Source of the DNA: Pseudovirgaria hyperparasitica
Lineage: Eukaryota
DNA length: 64,000 nt
Assembly (NCBI GenBank): GCA_010093815.1
Contig: ML996566.1
Strand: one strand, 5' to 3'
Under the pieces are notes generated by a model. That model saw only the letters and a program-made list of their open reading frames with translations. It was not told where the DNA came from and did not search any database. Shown here piece after piece: positions 13,196 through 26,585 of this stretch (the stretch's first letter is position 1; every line of letters begins with the position of its first letter). The position numbers were made by a program, and so were the translations under genes.

Positions 13196-15112
13196 GGTGA
13201 ATGTTCAAAGCCACTAAGAGCCTGCGAAGAAAGAGGTGTCAGTGTGTTTAGAGGCACAACTCAAAGAATGGTACGTACAGCTGATGTTTGGTGCTGCTCG
13301 AGTATCCTCGCGTGTCTGCCTGCTCTCTTCTGCCGTGCCAACGAATGCGCCGCACCCAAGAAGCGGTGAACGGACGATTGCAGATCAGGTAGAAGGAAAG
13401 GATCCAGACCGACAACAACACACAATTTAGGACTGGAGGAGGTGAGACCTTGCAGAGGAAGCAGGAGTCTACCTAAGGTAGTTCAGAGTCGTTCGAAGTG
13501 CACTAGTAGGGTGGGGTGAAGCTTGGGAAAAGGAGGGAGTGGAGTGTTTCAGGCTTGCTCCCAGCAGAGAGACGGTCTGGCCTGAGTCGCGGGCTAATAC
13601 TGCGTACAAAAGGGGGTGCGAGGTATTTCTACACTCACATAAGCCGACTACGTTCGATCATGACTTGATTTCGCTGGCCATCCATACACTGAATCACGAG
13701 TCTGAGGAAAGTGCAAAGTATCAAAAGTAAAGCGTTCTCTATCGTTCGCATGGCGCGGCTGTTTCGTATCGATTAATGCATTATTAGTCGCGACGACTTG
13801 TGTGTGATAGAAAGAGCGGGTGAATCGATAATATTTAGTGTACCGGCCCAGTCTGTCCGAACCGCGCACGAACACTACGCGATTTTACGCTCTCCGCAAT
13901 GATGGGGTACGCATATACCAGCCCTGTCGTGGTACTTCTAGGAACGCTTGTCAGCATGTGTGGTGCTCCAGTTTAACTGGAGCAGGATCCCTGACTACTT
14001 GTTGCCCAGATCTAATACTTTATCGGGCCTAGTATATATTCTTTACCAAAACACCTGCTGCCTAGACTGCCTTCATGCCTTTGTGCCTTGATGACAGTTA
14101 CAGGAGCCCGTCTTCACCTGCACCCCTCCACATTGTCAGCCATGAAGTAATCTAAAATGTTGTAGACTTCCAGGAACACGCAGGTTCATCGATCTTCCAT
14201 GGGTGCTGGCGTGACAATACGCAGAATCCGCGTGGAACATGGTGTGGCGTTTCCTTCTCGGCGTTATCACAACCACCAGCACCTAACCTCGCCACACGAG
14301 CCGAGGCCGCCTGATATAGAAAACTGTCATCAACGTGGAAGATCAGACTAGGAACGGATACGCGCGTAGCTGTCATTAGAATAGCGGGGGTCAAAATTGT
14401 CAGAAAGTGGTACGGAATGGACGCCGGCACAAAGATCGCCATACCACTATGCCTTGACTGGCAAGTTTGGGCATCTCCAGCCCAACATCACAAAGCCCAA
14501 ATAGTCCTACTAAAGCACCAATCTGCCCGCTGCTCTTTCTCAAGATCCTGATACTTCATTCTCCACTGCTTGGATGCACGATTCTGACATCCATCTCTCC
14601 TCTCGTCCTCCCTCTATCCTCCCTTCACTCGGCTACAGTTATTCGCAGGCTTGCAGATCGACCGGTAGACACCCACCGTCATCTATCAAACCATCACCAA
14701 CGCAAATAGCATTCTCTTCGAGTTCCTGTTACCGATTCATCTTCCCGAATCCTTTCTTTACTTCCCTGTGAACATTTGGGTCGATGCTATCATCACGACA
14801 GCCTGATGATAGAATTGGTTCAGCATGATCGATCATATGGTCGATCATGCAAATGAGAAACTACATTTATCATCAACATGTCGACGCATCGACCACAAGC
14901 GTTATTCCAGCAGATTAGGCACTTTAAATAGTCAGTAGTACCAACAATGTCCCGAGGACTCTTAAACGATTTGATACTTAGTTTTCACGTCAGCCGTTGT
15001 GTTAGATATGCAGAGGGAACTTTTGTCTATAGTTGATGTTATCGTGACCATCTTCACTCTACCAATATGAACAGGCGTTTTCATTGGAAGCGCAATAAGT
15101 TCCACACTTAGT

Positions 15113-16378
15113 TCAAACTTCTTTCTTTTGCAGGCCTGGTGGAAGCCTCGAAACGTGCTTCTTGAACAGATCCTCTGCACGTTTCCAGACTGGCGCCGAG
15201 TCCCGGTCCTTCAGGGTGAGAAGGCTTTCAAGCAGACCCTGGCTGAACGCATCGCTTGCCTCTCTTGGCATCATTGATGGTAAGTGATCCTGTTTCTGCG
15301 TTAGGAGTGGGGTACTACATTATATGGGGAAACTCACAATTGCAATGACCGATAGGGGCAGTTCACTGCTGGGGACCTTGACCGGGAGCGTTGGCTTAGT
15401 GAAGGTCGTGAGGGTGTTGTAGATGGGTATGGGATTATGCGGATTCGATGTGTCACACGAAACATCGCATACAACAGTCAGTTTACGGTCTGGAGAAGAG
15501 AGAGTTTCTTGGTTCACGAAGGGCGGAATCGGATCGGAGAGGTAGATCTGCGCTTTATTAATTCGATTCCCTTCATGCTCAACGACAGTACCTACAGCAT
15601 TGAGGAAGATATCGCTGTCGACGATTTCTTTATACGGTCCTTGTTTGTCTTTGGTCTCGTTGAGGTCCCACTTGGTCAAATTCTCGTCTGTCAGACCAGC
15701 TCTCTTGAACATGTCTGCAGCACCGCGCCCGCATCTTCCAAGCGCTCCCAATATCATCGCATGTGGCTTGCGTCCTGCAACCTTCTCGCCAGCTGCAACA
15801 TCCTCCCGAATCTGTTGGACCAGCTCCTCTTCATTCAGATAGTAACCCCTTCCACTCGTGAAGTTTTCAACACTTGGTAGTGGTTCTGACGCGGGATGGG
15901 TTAATTGCCACGCCCACACCTTAAGTGCCAAAGCTGCACCCGCAAAGCCTGCATGATATCCAAAGGCGCTCACTCTCCTTCCCTGCTCATCTACCAGAAA
16001 CTCCAAATCGTACAAGGTGCTGCCACCACGCGGGAAGCGGCCGAGCACCTTCTCCCATCCGCCTTGGTCTTTGTAACAATGGCTGAACTGTATATGGTCG
16101 TTCTTTAGAGGGAAGTCTTCTTCCGGGAGCTCTTTCAACCCGAGTATCAAGGTGCCCTTGTCTGCGTCTGTCCAGGTATGCGTATCTACGAGCTTGGCGC
16201 CAGCATCGGAGTATTCCTGGTCCTTGAAAATGCGTTCATAGGAAGGATCGGTAGAGGAGCGCTCGACATGTACTGGGTACCCAGCAGCGACAAGCTTGCC
16301 TACAACATCAGGAGAGAATGCACGATGCTCGTAAGGCCGTTGTTCTTGACGGAGGTGGAGGACAGGATAGGATGACAT
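15113..16378 (-). CDS. LYS1: Saccharopine dehydrogenase (NAD+, L-lysine-forming)
   Basis: Motifs [38 protein letters not shown] and [16 protein letters not shown]. Introns 15548-15595 and 15290-15337. Last exon [16 protein letters not shown]...KKEV*. Confidence 0.95.
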
Positions 16379-16465
16379 CGCGCTCGTTTGATATGATCGA
16401 AGCTGGAAGGAGGTGAGCTCAAGGGATTGGGCAATTTTGGAGACACCTGGAGTTTCAATTCGTCA

Positions 16466-16529
16466 ATGAGTCAATCCGTCTTGGGTCAGGATGCGTTAAT
16501 ATTTTGGCGGGGTTGACGATTTGAGTCAT
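16466..16529. promoter_or_regulatory. Two Gcn4/CpcA (cross-pathway control) elements upstream of LYS1
   Basis: Perfect TGAGTCA at 16467-16473 and 16522-16528, 90-150 nt upstream of the LYS1 start. Amino-acid biosynthesis genes are established Gcn4/Cpc1 targets. Confidence 0.7.
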
Positions 16530-16960
16530 AGCGGTACGTGAGATACTGGTGAGGTTCCATATTACGTAAGGGGAAGCAGAGCGAAAGAACTTAATGACTG
16601 GCTCGCTCAGTAGCTGAAATTTCCTTTCGTAGACGTTCATTGTCGCAGAACATAGATGACAAGGGCGGAACATATGTGACTATCAACTACGAGAGACGTG
16701 ATGCAGCAATGGCGCACACCAGAGGTGATACCGTAGAACGCGAGTCATCGAGAAGCCGAATACGCAACCAGAGGTCGAAACAAATCACCAGAAATCTTAA
16801 ACCCATGCCTAGCGATAACGAAAGCAGGGTCGATTTAAATATAACCCACGTTCAGCCCATTGACTCGTCTTTGCCTGCTGTCTTGGCAATTATGCAACAG
16901 CTATGCAACGCCCTAGTGCATCTCACAGCCTTTCATTGACCGTCTCCAACAACACTCATA

Positions 16961-18742
16961 ATGCGTCTAATGAACGTTGGAACAGAGCTCCTGGAGATAT
17001 TTGTCAGTGATGTTCCAGACTATGCTATTCTTTCGCATACGTGGAGGGACGAGGAGATCAGCTTTGAAGATATGCAGCAGCAGGCTGGACTTGAGCTCAA
17101 GAAAGGATTCGCCAAGCTCCGCAATTGCTGTGCTTACGCTCGTCGCGAAGGCTTCAAATACATTTGGATAGATACGTGCTGTATCGACAAAAGAGATCCC
17201 ACTGAGCTCTCTGAAGCTATCAATTCGATGTTCCGGTGGTACTCAAACGCCGCGATCTGTTATGTCTACCTCGATGACTACGATGCAACTGGGCAAACTC
17301 CTCTTGAGAACTGTCGGTGGTTTTATCGTGGTTGGACCCTCCAGGAACTGCTTGCGCCTTATAGCGTTGTGTTTCTCGATTCTTCTTGGACGAAATTTGG
17401 GGACAAGTCATCTCTTCGAGAAAGAATTTCGGACATCACAGGCATCCCGAAGCGAAATTTGTTCGATCTGTTCGATCGGTACAATGTAGAGGTCAACGTA
17501 GGAACCAAGATATCTTGGGCGGCACGTCGAAAGACTACGAGGGTAGAGGACGAAGCTTACTGCCTTTTAGGTTTGTTAGGCATTCATATGCCTTTGCTAT
17601 ATGGAGAAGGTAAGAATGCGTTTATCAGACTCCAGGAAGAGATCGTGCGTATCAGTAACGATGAGTCTATATTCGTGCACAGTCAGTCCATCAAGCAACT
17701 AGATATTGTGCGGAGCTTATAGTGCATAGGGAACAAACACCTTTTTGCAGATGCCCCTGAGGACTTTTTTCCCAGTCAATGCTTTTTCGCCGACCAACGC
17801 ATGGATTATCGAATCACTCACAGAGGGCTATTGTTCCAGATGGCCTTGTACTATGGCACAGAACGTACTGGTTTACATCGACTGTTCGCACCATTCAATT
17901 GCGGTCCTTCCGAAAATCTTCAATGGACGTTGGAGCTTATCGGTCCAGGCCCTGAAGGGTACATCACTTCGTCGGGAGAAACAAGAACATCCTTGGCATT
18001 GCAACCAGGCACATCATTATACAAAAACCCCAGTCTAAGGCTCATGGATTATCCGCGCGATGATCACGCAGACCACAAATCTCATGCCCACCTCACGACT
18101 ACAATGGACACTAGCGATGGCTTACGTGTAGCACCAAGTTCCATCGAAGGTGTCATGAAGATGCAATCATTCTACATCGAGGCAGGTAGACGGGCTGACG
18201 TATACAAACTCCACTATGTGTATGATATACAGACGTGTAGCAACGTGAAGCTGGAGTATGCTGTACGTGTCTTCGGTAATGGTCAACGTAAAAGCCGTCG
18301 CTACAGATTATCAGGCTACCATCGTCCGGAATCTGTTGGCCGTCTAGGCCACGGCCATACTTTTGCGTATAAAGCGAGTGCGGGCGTCAAAGTCAATTTC
18401 GTCGTGTTTGTCTTTCAACAAGAGGACCACAGAGGCCCACATATCTATATCGAAAGCCATCCGTATCTGGTGGAGAAAGTAAGGAGTATAGCTAGAGGAG
18501 CTTTGCAAGAATATGATGCAACTGCATGGGCGGACGCGACTCCAGGGTTTGCTGAATTATCGTCCGGAATCACAGTCGAATTGCACCCGGGACAAGCTTC
18601 TGAAGACACGGTGAGAAGACTTTGCCTGAGTGTATGCGCACACCCTCGCACTTCTGACTGTAGCGGCACATTTCGAACGAACACGCCTGAGGATTCTGTT
18701 ACAGACGAGAAAATGCCATCTCTCTTCTTTCTCACTGCTTAA
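16961..18742 (+). CDS. HET-domain (heterokaryon incompatibility) protein with an unrecognised C-terminal region
   Basis: Motifs YAILSHTW, YIWIDTCCIDK, ELSEAINSMFRWY, WFYRGWTLQELLAP and AYCLLGLLGIHMPLLYGEG. Intron 17682-17729 joins in frame to LFADAPEDF...ITHRGL and the ORF ending at 18742. Confidence 0.9.
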
Positions 18743-20069
18743 TTAGCTTTTGAAAACTAACGACGGATGCCTATTTTCCGTTCGCTCTCTCGTCACTTCA
18801 TCCAACATCATGCTGTTGGCATTCATAGCGCGGCGGATCACATGACTGGTTCCTACTAACCTTCACCCTGGAGTCGACCAGGCAATTGTTCTGCCTGGGG
18901 CCAGATGCTAACAAGGTTGTCAAAGCAGGCCCACGATAACGAACTGCCTGCTGACTAGATCATCTCATCTTCCCTTTTCCACCGTGATTGTATCGTGCTT
19001 GACCGACGCTTCGAGGATATGAGACTCTAGATTATGTGACTTGCTGTAAGCACGATATCTTCAATCCTGTTTTTCACTATTCGTAGTAGTGCCCGTGATA
19101 TGTGACCTGGGCTATGATACGATAAATCCATTATCATGACTGCCTCGCAAAGGTAAGTCTACTTAAGCATATACTTGCTGCACTGTTCATTCAACAGCGT
19201 CTTTAGACCATTCTCTTCCATATCCTTATATATAGTAGCAATGGCCAGCTTTGATTTTCCGTCTCACAAGAGTAAGTCGGCGTAAGTCAGGGGCACTAAC
19301 CCAATAGCGAGGCCCCCTTGCGTCCGAGTATGAATCGTGCTGTCACATGTTGTCACAATCTTGGTTGCTTATGGCTTCTATAGGGTGGGAGAAAGGCACG
19401 TCGTCGTCGTCGTCTAAGCGCTAATCCTGATTAAATTGCGCTCATAGCTTACTGAGAGTATCCAATAGAAATCCATGCTGTATAGCGGGTAGATTTCTGC
19501 ACTATTGTATAAAGTCACCACATGACGACATCATAGCCTGCATCCTGCTCTATGTGTTTCCCAATGGCGAGAACTCAGATGTCAAATGACGGCATCAATT
19601 CCAGGGACGTAGAAGAAAATATGGCTTTATAGTACCGATACCGACATCATTCCATAGAAAAGAAGTGTGACTAAGAACTAATCTCCGTCTAGTTATCTAT
19701 CTCTTATCAGCCTAGCTTTTGTAAATTCTATTGCTCTGGAAAATATCGAGCGGTATTGCTATATCGCCCTGTGCCATTGTCTGGTCATCATTTATGTAGT
19801 GACTTATTTCTTCTCATTCCTTGAGACAAAAGGCTAATCACTGGAAGAGACTGCTAAAGCATTCATTGGACTGGCAGCTGAACCTGTAACAATAAATATG
19901 CATGTCGACCAGAAAGACTCAGATGGTAGCGTTATAAGCAAGAATCCGCATAAGATCAAGATCTGTCAAATAGCATGCAGCAATACATTGACCAGAGTTG
20001 CGCTTCTAGTGTAGCTACAAAAGATGAGGTTCCAGTACCAAATATCCGATGAGATAGGGAGATGATGCA

Positions 20070-20819
20070 TTATATATCGAAGCTACGAATTCGTACATCG
20101 ACACCGGGTACTATATTCTCCTTGATCAGCCTTCCATTCAGCGTGTCATTGCTGTCGACCCTTGCAAATGCATCCCCGATCGTCTTCTCGATACCCGCGG
20201 CCACATGTCGTTGAGCAACACGTGTTCGTGCAACGTCCTCGTCCACATCGACAAATACTCGGAGGTCCATCAAAGGTCCTATTCCACGCCATATGGGTTC
20301 ATCCAGAAGAACGTATATACCCTCGATGATAACTATGTTTGTGCTTGTGGGTATCGATATTCCATCCTCGACGGGGTCTTTTGCGGCGTGGTCGAATGAT
20401 GGAGCGAATATAGGTACCTCGTCTTGACTGTCCACATACGTCGTGTCAACTTCCGTGTCTGCCCAGGCCCGGAGTCTCTGAACGAAAGCAAGGGCGCCGG
20501 CAGCATCGAATGTCCAGGGTGCACCGCGACGACGATGTGCTTCTTCCTTGTTCGGCATTTGGTCGAGAGCTGAACGTGGGAGGTGGAAACCATCCAAGCC
20601 GATGGATATTGCACGAACCGGAAGCTCTGTTTCCAGAGCGTCCTGTGCGTCTGTGGAGATGGATGTGCTTTGTTCATTGATTAATTTGACTGTTTCGGTT
20701 GCGATTGTTGTTTTGCCTGATCCAGGTGGACCTGCGATACCAATGAGTGTTCGATGACGTGGATTTGTGTGGGCGCATTCGATAATTGTGTGTGCGAGTT
20801 TCAGATATGTTTCTTGCAT
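20070..20819 (-). CDS. P-loop kinase, phosphoribulokinase/uridine kinase family (Yfh7-like)
   Basis: Walker A GPPGSGKTT plus LDGFHL, RRGAPWTFD, PSFDHAAKDP and IIEGIY. First ATG at 20819. Confidence 0.88.
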   Translation of the reverse strand: MQETYLKLAHTIIECAHTNPRHRTLIGIAGPPGSGKTTIATETVKLINEQSTSISTDAQDALETELPVRAISIGLDGFHLPRSALDQMPNKEEAHRRRGAPWTFDAAGALAFVQRLRAWADTEVDTTYVDSQDEVPIFAPSFDHAAKDPVEDGISIPTSTNIVIIEGIYVLLDEPIWRGIGPLMDLRVFVDVDEDVARTRVAQRHVAAGIEKTIGDAFARVDSNDTLNGRLIKENIVPGVDVRIRSFDI

Positions 20820-21505
20820 GGTATTGAGCTCCACGGGTACAAGTATCGTGCTTGTAAGAAGATGCACGATGGATAGATAGATAGGCTAATCATCCATGGC
20901 CGAAACGAGCGCCCGGTGTCCGTCGTCTCGAGGTGGGGGTGGGGGAACGATCCTTGATCCATGGATCGTGGAGTCACGCAAAATTGTATGCGGACAAACT
21001 GTGCATGACTCGTGTAATCTAATAGTTATGCCTCTCGAACTGTGGATGGAAGCATCTATATCGACGGAGAGCTCTAGCGACGGGTAGTCTCCTATTGCAC
21101 GAAACGGCAGGTCTTGTCATATTATTGAGACGTATGCTGTGTTAACTACACGATATCCTACATACCAATATCCTTTTCATTATTTCGAGTATGCAAAAAC
21201 ACAGATCATGATCTTAATTAGCAGAAAGATTGGGCTCCGGACTACTTGTTGAGGTCTAGCGGCTGTTTGATTTATGCTGAAGTTTGTTTGATTCGACGAA
21301 TCAGAGTGCACGTACAGGTTACTATTTCTGTACATCACAACTGAGTGAGCTTGCATGCGCCGATGAGACAACTTTCGCAAATACACCCCCAATTACATAG
21401 ATCAGTGTGTATCCAATTCGGCTGCTTGATGACTTTGTACAATTAAGGTTTTCGTCATTCATTAAATTAACAATCGCTATAAAACAGAGTCAACATTACT
21501 CGCGC

Positions 21506-22527
21506 TCAATATCGATAGCACAGCCTTCTATTCTGCGTCGTCAAAAGCTCTTCTACTTTGATATCGCTCGCCAGTCCCGCCATATGCAGAAGGTCAGTGA
21601 CTTGCGCTCCCGGCGGTATCACACCATCAAGCTGGTCCTGAGTTCTGATGCCTGCATACTCGCGGGTGCGCACTAAGGGTGACTCCTGCTGCCATAGCCA
21701 CCACAGCCGATCAACCTGTGCATGGTGCAAGAAGAATAACGGATCATTTGGCGCGGTTGCTGGACTCATATCGCCTCCAAGCGCTGCATGAATCGCACCG
21801 TGAGGCCCGCTCTCCAGTGCTATGCGGAAGCTGTCGTAGTCTTGGCTCTGCATCACTTGCTCGACTGCGTCAGGCGTATAATTCGGCGATAGCATATCGC
21901 CAGCATCTTCGCCGCCGGCGTTGAAGGTACGTAAAAGGCAATGAGGCTCGGCGTTGTCTCCGAAGTAGGGGAGCTGGAGATCCTTCAGAGGGCCGTCAGC
22001 GACGCAGCGTTGGGTATTTCCGTCCAACTGCATCGCTTTATCGGGAGAGCCGTTGCCACCGAAACCGTTAATGGGGGAAAACACGGGCGAGGATGGCATG
22101 GATGCTACGTCTCGTGTCCAGTCCCAGTATGTCGCGACGCCAGAATAGCCACAACCTTTCAAGGCTTGCTCGTATATGGATATGAAATAGCGATGCCACG
22201 GAAGGAATGACGCGACAAAATGTACTATACGGACACATTAGGGATGAAGAGAAAACAAATGGCTGAATATAGCATACTTTCGTTGGTAAGCTTGTTGTGG
22301 ACCCAGGGAAAGTCGTCATATAACGAAGTGGACAGCCCTATACTTGATGGCTTCTTCTTCATGCATAGAACGGCGGCGACATAGCTCTTGCGGTCTGCGC
22401 GACTGAGATCTCTCCACTCCCTGCGTAGTTGAGGCTTCGTGCAAGTTCCCCTTGATTCATCCAGTGGTAGAGCCAGGGCAGTACTCAGGCTGAGCAGCAA
22501 GAGATTGAACAGGACGGCGAAAAGCAT
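21506..22527 (-). CDS. Secreted tyrosinase / di-copper centre protein
   Basis: Signal peptide MLFAVLFNLLLLSLSTALA. Motifs RREWRDLS, IHFVASFLPWHR (across intron 22225-22277), YWDW, HGAIH and NDPLFFLHHAQVDRLW. Confidence 0.92.
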
Positions 22528-23391
22528 CTTCGCGACGTAAAGCGAGGACAGAGTGGGACGAGGCTTGCACAGATTTGAGAAGGTCGGTGGAGGCAAGTGA
22601 AGAGTCTTGTATGCCAGCCCGTGGCTGGTATTCGGAAGTTATGAATTGATATCGAAGTCTTGACTCGTCCGAATGCCAACACTAACACCTCAAATCGTGT
22701 CACAGCATAGTTAGTGAGACCTCCGAGAACACAAGATCAAAGATATTCCGCCTCTAGCGGCGTTGTGTTCAGTCATGTAGATGGCTTGGATTAGATAGCG
22801 ATGATGTTCCTAACAAGCAGTTAATCTAGCACCAACTGAAAATATGGATGATTCTTCATCCACGTAGCAGCAATCTCGAACCGACCTGCGAATGTACCAA
22901 AAATCAAGAAGTACTGAACTAAGATACCTGAGGAACACTGCTTGTTACTCGGAATACTTTTAATTTGAGGTGGCGTGGTGCCAGATTTGAGGTGGCAATT
23001 CGGAAGATTTGACGTCGCTAGATCTGATCATTAATAGCGGCTCGGTGAATTTACTCAATTCGGGAACTTTCATGTTTATGCTCGACTGAGGTGTCGTGCC
23101 ATGGATGTTCTAGCCTAAAGACAACAATAGAGATCCGCTCACTAAGTCATGAGCGTACGGTCTCTGAAGGTAGAACTTAGATCGCTGTTGGGTGCACACC
23201 CTGATGAATTGCTTCAGATTCTTTTTTACGATCGCAAGCAACGGCTCTGAAGCCCAATAGTCTGTAATCGTATGAAGTGAGACTATGTGGAAAATCTTCA
23301 AGCCCAGACTACGCCAAGTAGATTTGGTATCATAAGGATCATTTAAGGTCGTGAAGTCCCATGAACCGAAACGCCAGCTTTCTGTCTAATC

Positions 23392-26028
23392 TCATCGAAC
23401 CAGTATCGCGTTGATGACTTTGCACCAGTATTTCCCTTCCCATTCAATCGGAGTCTCACCGATAAAGCGTGCGTTAGGTCTCTCCTCCAGCCAGGCTGCG
23501 CCAAGAGAGACTCGATTAAACCAGTCACGCACAGCGTCGTCAACATGTTCGCCGACTGGAATTATCACCCCATCTGATTGCCGTACAGCTGGTTTTGGTG
23601 GAACACCTCGCATGCGCAGTAACATTACCAGCACATCACTGAAACGCTCTCCCTGTTGGCTGTAGTAGGGAGGAGCCTTGTCAAGCGGCCAATGCTTGGA
23701 TACAAACTGTTGTTCGCTCCCCAGTAGGGTGGTTCTGAGCTCAGCTGCCGCGTCTGCAGGGACACTGGCTGTATCGGTAGATGTTTCATTACTCGTAATT
23801 TCCCACGTTTTGAAGTACCAACACATACGCTCAACACACGCCAAGAGGACGATTGAGACCAAGTAGGTTTCAAAAGGCTTTGCTTGCTGCCTCTGGAGTA
23901 GCCGACGCTCAATGTCATTCATAATTGATTTGGAAAGTGTGGCAGCACGCTTCTCAGTGGCTCCGAGTAATTGAAGCGCAATTATTTTGTAAGACTCGTG
24001 ATCTTCTGCTGGCGTGATAGGGAGTCGATTAATTGACATTTTCGAGTCGTTCTCGATATCAGAGTCTGTTATTTCAACAAGGTTGGCGCAGGCTGGAGTC
24101 GATGCATTCAGTGATATCTGCCATGTAATGTTTCGATTTGCGAGAATTGTCGTTGCGACCCACAATTCAAGGGACCTCATTATAAGATCATCCATTATAA
24201 CGTCATCCTGATAACATGCGGTATTAGAGTAGAGCATGGCTCATATCCCATGATGAACTCACCTTAAGATCCGTGCCAAACCCGGCTAGAGTTGACAAAG
24301 TGATCTGCATGAACCCAGAGCTTTCAGTTTGGTGATAAGTCTGGGCAAGTTTGCGGATGTATTGTTCCATCTTGCCCGCAAGGTCGTCAGTATCTGCGTC
24401 AAGGGCCGCAGGATCACTGGTATCCACTGTACCGTCAACTGTAGTACCAAAGAGAAGAGGATCTAATGGGGTTTTGCCCTTTAAGGGCAAGAATGTTACA
24501 TATGTCGTAGACTCAGGTATATGTTTGACCTCCATCCGACCCGGAATCTTCTGTAACTGGCTTTTGACATTTCCAAGAGCGTGAAACGCCAAAACGGTGT
24601 GAAGTCCTGTACCGACGTGTCAATTGCGATGGACTTGGTTGCTTATCATTTATTCACCTGCAGAGTATAGACCAAACTCTTCTGCAATCCTAGTCCGGAT
24701 GCAAGGGTGCCTCCACAATCTCGCACTATCGACACTGCTACATGTACCGCAAGGTGTCTCACCAGAACACTTTGAGATTAGTCGCTGTCAAGAACCTGAC
24801 ATGGTTGCAAGCTCACAGGTTTCTTAAGCATGCGGCAACGGATACATGCGCCTCTTTTCCTAACCTCCTGAACCTCTTTGCGTCGCGTATCTGAGAATCG
24901 CCCCCGGACTTTGTGTTTCCCAGGCTTTTGATCGATGCTGAAGTCCGTGGTGAAATGTGTCTGTGAAGCACTAGGTTTAAGCATATTAGACCCTAGTTGC
25001 GTTGGCGTGGTGACTGCCTTAGACTGTGTTTCTGAAACAGACACTGGTCCGGGGTTCGTTGTTTCTGTTAAAGATGGATCTATATTCTGCAAGTTCGTCC
25101 ATAATGGTCTACCTGTGGCAGGCAAGTTGAACTTATCTGACAGGACTACGTTGGGGTCTGTTAGATCGGGCATAAGATTCTGGGCAGCAGAAGCCGTCAT
25201 CATCAAAGTGGGAGATGACACGCTAGAGGTGGATACTACATTGTGTCCCAAAGGTGGGGCAGAGGGCTGAGGAGAATCGTGTGCAGTCAGAGTACTGTTG
25301 GACTGTGGGAACAAGGGGGGTAGACTGGAGACATCTAGAAGCTATCAGCTTATGTGGATAACTCATGAGTAGAACTCTGAAAGGGAATATACGCTGCCGC
25401 AAAGTTTCGAATTGCAATCCGAAATCCGCGAACGTTTCTTGCGGCTGAGTTGGTCCATGCGCATTAAAATTCTGTTCCTTATGGTGTGTGTACCTACCGT
25501 GGCGATCGGTCACTCCAATCGTGTTGAGGTCAGACCTAGAGTCGTCTGACACGAGGAAGTCTTCCAGGAGAGTTCCACCATGTTCACCAGTATTACGAGA
25601 ATGTTGTTTCTTTCCGCCTCTAGAGCTCACATGTTTTCCTGTGAGATCCAATTGTTGCCTTGAAACCTCTGCTAGTGCCTCTAATCCAGACATGCTCTGC
25701 TTCGGAGTAAAAGGTAGCCCATTTTGGATTGCAATGGAGGGTCGTCTGGTTTCTGGAAGCTCTGGAAGATCATGGAATTGTAAAAGTGCTCGTTGGCGGT
25801 CGCTAACGGGAAGCGCAGGACATTTCTTGGTTAGATGATTTATGAGGCTATCAATTCTACCCTTGGGAAACTGGAGAGCTTGTCAAGACCTGATCGCCAG
25901 AGAATTTTGCTTCACCAAACCTTCTCTCCGCAGGACTTGCAAGTGTGCTGGTATCGATTGCTCGCGTCCTCCAGTTTAGGGCCGCGCTCAAAATACTCTG
26001 TAATGAGTTGATTTGGCTTGCGGCCCAT
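23392..26028 (-). CDS. Transcription factor with N-terminal BED-like zinc finger and Zn2Cys6-like cluster
   Basis: Start MGRKPNQLITEYFERGPKL...HTCKSCGEK / GRIDSLINHLTKKCP. Later RKRGACIRCRMLKKP is spliced to C..CGTC..RLWRHPCIR. About five short introns, boundaries approximate. Confidence 0.8.
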
Positions 26029-26585
26029 ACTGTAGCGATAGCAAGGGCGAGGCCGTCAAGCTGCCGAATTCGCCTGGTTGATTGTAAGTAATTGAAAAAT
26101 GTGTGGGACAGGTTCTGCCGTTCTAAAAAGGCGGTGGCGCGGCGGGCGGTCGGAGATTGAGATGTCCAGGTGCACACAAGACAAATTAGATTTGTGGGTG
26201 TGCTACTTGAAAATGGTGTGTCCTTATTAAACTCCCAAAGTGTCCGAAAACCTCGGTCAGTGAACATCTATTTGCCCAACGTTGTAATACCACAGTCCTG
26301 AATCATGAAAATAGTCGTTGAATTAACATATCAATTGCAAAGTATCTTCTTCACTAACCTGCTCTGGTCTATCATATAACAATCCCTAACAAATACTTGG
26401 CGACTGAGTGGAAAGTCGTACAAGTGGAATTGTCATCAACTGTAACAGCGTAAGGAACGTATTTCCTTATATTGAAGTGACTGGTAAAATTATTCTAGCT
26501 AGAACTGATGCGCTACGCACTACATTTGATTGGTTCTAAGTATCTATGCCATAGAACAGTCCTGGGAGCCAATATCATTGGGACT

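Noticed and set aside
15060..15145. Cryptic peroxisomal PTS1 on Lys1 via readthrough
   Set aside because: The stop context is TGA-A and the extension does not end in an SKL-like tripeptide. SRL occurs only internally.
21506..23390. Tyrosinase as marker of a ustiloxin-type RiPP cluster
   Set aside because: No DUF3328 gene or Kex2-repeat precursor peptide is visible nearby.
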